Source of the DNA: Ostrea edulis
Taxonomy: Eukaryota
DNA: 64,000 nucleotides
NCBI RefSeq assembly: GCF_947568905.1
Contig: NC_079167.1
Location: 8,432,001 to 8,496,000, forward strand
Reading direction: 5' to 3'
Made by a program: the position numbers and the translations under genes. The notes beneath the pieces were generated by a model. It made no database searches, was not told where the DNA came from, and saw only the letters and a list, made by a program, of their open reading frames with translations. Shown piece by piece: positions 60,903 to 64,000 of the stretch (position 1 is the stretch's first letter; the number at the start of each line of letters is the position of its first letter).

Positions 60903-61367
60903 AGCTCAGAGCATGTTCTGGATTAGAAGAGACCGTGCTCTTAATAGTATTAGAAGTTTATATAGACGGAGAACTATTATGTAGAGGACCAATAATGATG
61001 ACTGTCATTCAAATGACATTGATTTTTTCAAAATATTATAATTACGGTGCAACGATTGTTTGTTTTTGTTTATTTTTCAATGTTTAAAGTCAACAATAGG
61101 CCAAGTAAAAGAGTTTTGGAAGAATTGAGAATTGTAAATACAAGTCTTCTGATATCTTTAAAGTAATAAAACAATCATTTGGAGGGGGGGGGGGTATTTC
61201 TCAGATTTATGTATAGGGTACATTGAGACCAAAATAAACTTATTATTTGGATAGAATAGGAGAAAAAAAATCAAATTAAATCGCTAAAACGATTTAAGAT
61301 TGACTAATGTCATAAATCATAAGAATGATTTTACTAGATATTTTATTGATTTATTTTGAAGTTCCCT

Positions 61368-61930
61368 TTTATAGAAGGAGTGACATACGGCTTTGCACAT
61401 GATCTTGTGCAATGGATTATTGGAGAATGTTTTATCTCGCAGACTTCACACTTGGTATTCTGATACATATCAATGTGCAGATGGTTTCTATTGCTCGACA
61501 CGTCATTAGGTCCAGGGTCAAGGTCATGAACACGCTAGACAGGATTTTTAATGGAGCTTGTGCAACGAATAACTGGAGAACCACCCTTTACTTTTCAGAC
61601 TTCTTGCTGGCTAGGCTGATATACATCAACGTGCGCATAATCACTATTGCTCAGAAGGTCAGTTTGTCCAAGGTCAAGGTTACTTCCAGACCAGACAAGT
61701 TTTATCTTGTGCAATGAAGATATACATGTTCCTCGAAGATTGTATACTTGGTAGGCTTAGCTTCTACACATCAACGTGCACGTGATCCATATTACTCTGC
61801 AGGTCAGTATATCCAAAGTCAAGGTCACTACCATTCTATGTGTATAATAGATCCTGTACAATGGATTTCACCTCTCGCACTTTGCAGACTGATACACATC
61901 AACGTGCATATGATCCATGTTTCACTATGA
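61368..61930 (+). mobile_element. Degenerate HINE-like fragment
   Basis: Recurrent ctgata(t/c)acatcaacgtgc and caaggtcaaggtca motifs shared with the HINE satellites. Confidence 0.45.
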
Positions 61931-62058
61931 ACAGAAAGAAAATTCGTCGTTGAAAAAACGGCGAGGATGATAGTTACGAAAGTTTTACGTTACTATCATC
62001 ATTCATTTCCGTTACTATCATCCTCGCTGTTTTTTCAACGACGAATTTTCTGTTCATA
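61926..62058. repeat. Long imperfect inverted repeat (~45-55-bp arms)
   Basis: agaaaattcgtcgttgaaaaaacggcgaggatgatagttacg (from 61937) versus cgttactatcatcctcgctgttttttcaacgacgaattttct (ending 62051). Confidence 0.85.
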
Positions 62059-63468
62059 TGAGCCGTATAAAAGATAAAATAACACCTGATCGTAATTGTT
62101 GCTAGTGTATGATATTTCTTACCTACATATCAATCGCAAATAAACAATACAAATAGATATAATAAGTGAATGTGGTCTTTCCGGAATTTCCTTCCGCCAT
62201 CTTGGAATGATAGTAACGATCGTTACTATCATCAGTTTAATACCAGTGAATGTGTAGTGCTGTATACTTTGATTCGGGGGAAGGGAGACATTCTGTCATA
62301 TCCATGTGGAACAAATCACGCATGCGTACTTTTTCTAGTTAATGTATTTAATACTAAGATTTGTGTCACCGTAAAATTTTTGCATATTTCAAGCTGTATT
62401 TTCCCCCCTTTCGTTTCGTACTGGGCTTTTAAAGCATATAAAGTTAAGTGCCAGAAGAATCATTTGTTTATGAACTTTTGAATTAATGGACATTTTAAAA
62501 ACCATTTGGTCAACTTGGTGTGCATCACAATCTGATTTTAAAAAAATAAATCCTTTCATCCGCTCACGTATTTCGCAAGACATGTTTATCAGATAGAACA
62601 AAAAATGTTCCAAATCTTTCGCCGAAAAAAAAACCCCACACTGTTGGCAAATATCTTCCACAATGCTCGCAGTGTCCATGTAAACTAAAATCATTTGTGT
62701 TGTTAAAACTTTCAGGGCAAAAAAGTACAGTAAAATCTACGAAAAAAATAGGATAAGCGATGATCATTGTAAGTGATTTGACTGTTTAACTTACTCTCTA
62801 TCACTATAAATTTTGCGTTGCTGGCCGTCTAGGTATGATAATCCCAAAATGAAAACGGTCACTAAATTTTCCGTTCAAATGATGACTGCCATTGGCTCAG
62901 TATTTTATCTCCCGAAGTTGAAGACTTCATATAATCTATTTTATCAAGTTACTGGTACATTGTATCTCCGTAAACCTACTTGTATATCGCTAATTTAAAA
63001 AAGAAACTATAGGAACTATTTAAATTCGGGAGCTAAAATATAGCGCCATGGAAGTTATCATTTGAACGGAACTTATTTGAAGCGAACAACAGTGTCAACT
63101 AAGTGCACATCAATTGCTAGAACAGGTCGAAGCTGAAAGTAAATTTCCAGACATGAATTATGAAGGACTGCTCCGAGATTCTGTGAAGGCGTCAGTCCAA
63201 TATTCAGCCAAGATTATTCTTACACGGGAAATGCGTTAGAATTCTCAAGTACTGTGATATTAGAGTTTTGGGGAGATAAGAGATTTTATACCTGTAATTG
63301 ATGGGAAAATTGGCTGAAACGCAATTGTTGTGGAACTCAATCCTTTACGACTTTGTAGCAGAGCTGCATCTGATAGCGCATAATTACGATCTCGTCGCCA
63401 AACTGTGTGCGAGATGCTCGTACAAAATAGCCAAAGGGCCAAATCTAATTAACATTAGACTTAGGGTA

Positions 63469-63530
63469 GATCCGCTCCTCTACGATACGTTTCAATACTT
63501 GTATTGAAGCGTATCGCAGAGGAGTGGATT
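63469..63530 (+). repeat. 62-nt hairpin, 29-bp stem, 4-nt loop
   Basis: gatccgctcctctacgatacgtttcaata-cttg-tattgaagcgtatcgcagaggagtggatt; 3 G-U pairs and 1 A-C mismatch on the + strand. Confidence 0.8.
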
Positions 63531-64000
63531 TACGATTTTGATTTTAAGATTGGACAAGGATCTAAACTCTGTCCAAGACGAATTCTTTATGTCCGAGTAG
63601 TCAACCTCTCTAACAAAAATTAGCCTTTTCTATTTCACGTCTTTTATGTTGTTATAGTTTTTCAGTGACAATTTTGTAAAGGTCATCTGATTTTATGTAA
63701 TGATATACATACAATATAAAACACCCGCGGTATCCCAACTCATGAAGCATTCATTAAATTTTATCTTAACCTTACAAAAACCTACCAAAAAACCCCACAA
63801 ACAAACAACAAAAATAAACAAAACAAAACAAAAACAAACAAACCCACACACAAATTCTGACCTTACAGTGCAAACATTGTAACACTATTTGTCCAGTATC
63901 AGTTGTCATTTAGATCCATGTGGAGCGAACGGCCATTCCGATATAGCACAATTGTTAAACTGAAAGTACATGTAAATACCTTTCGGTGTATGTGGGAGAT

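Noticed and set aside
63110-63240. Protein-like stretch QLLEQVEAESKFPDMNYEGLLRDSV
   Set aside because: Short, closed by stops, no recognisable family; possibly a TE remnant but unsupported.

Overview
AT-rich, intron-rich animal DNA, most likely an oyster or related bivalve. That assignment is inferred from Helentron/HINE-type repeats carrying a ~166-bp satellite, Penelope-like fragments and a Meta/MESC-type SINE. Three host genes were reconstructed by hand from GT-AG junctions and codon phase. (1) A FAM13-family RhoGAP on + (26 coding exons, 22714-44733, about 1020 aa). (2) An intron-free L-rhamnonate/L-galactonate dehydratase of the enolase superfamily on - (46880-48178, 432 aa, catalytic residues intact). 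(3) A Zn-dependent medium-chain dehydrogenase resembling bacterial L-threonine 3-dehydrogenase on + (5 exons, 57511-60902, 354 aa). Genes 2 and 3 are divergently oriented and separated only by transposon debris. Together they are the best candidate for an undescribed system: a small animal gene cluster for catabolising L-sugar acids, possibly sharing a promoter. Other points of note: three tandem arrays inside FAM13 that involve 5' splice sites, a four-level transposon nest with 10-bp and 6-bp target-site duplications (TSDs), and several long hairpins. No database searches were run; family names come from recalled motifs and need confirmation.
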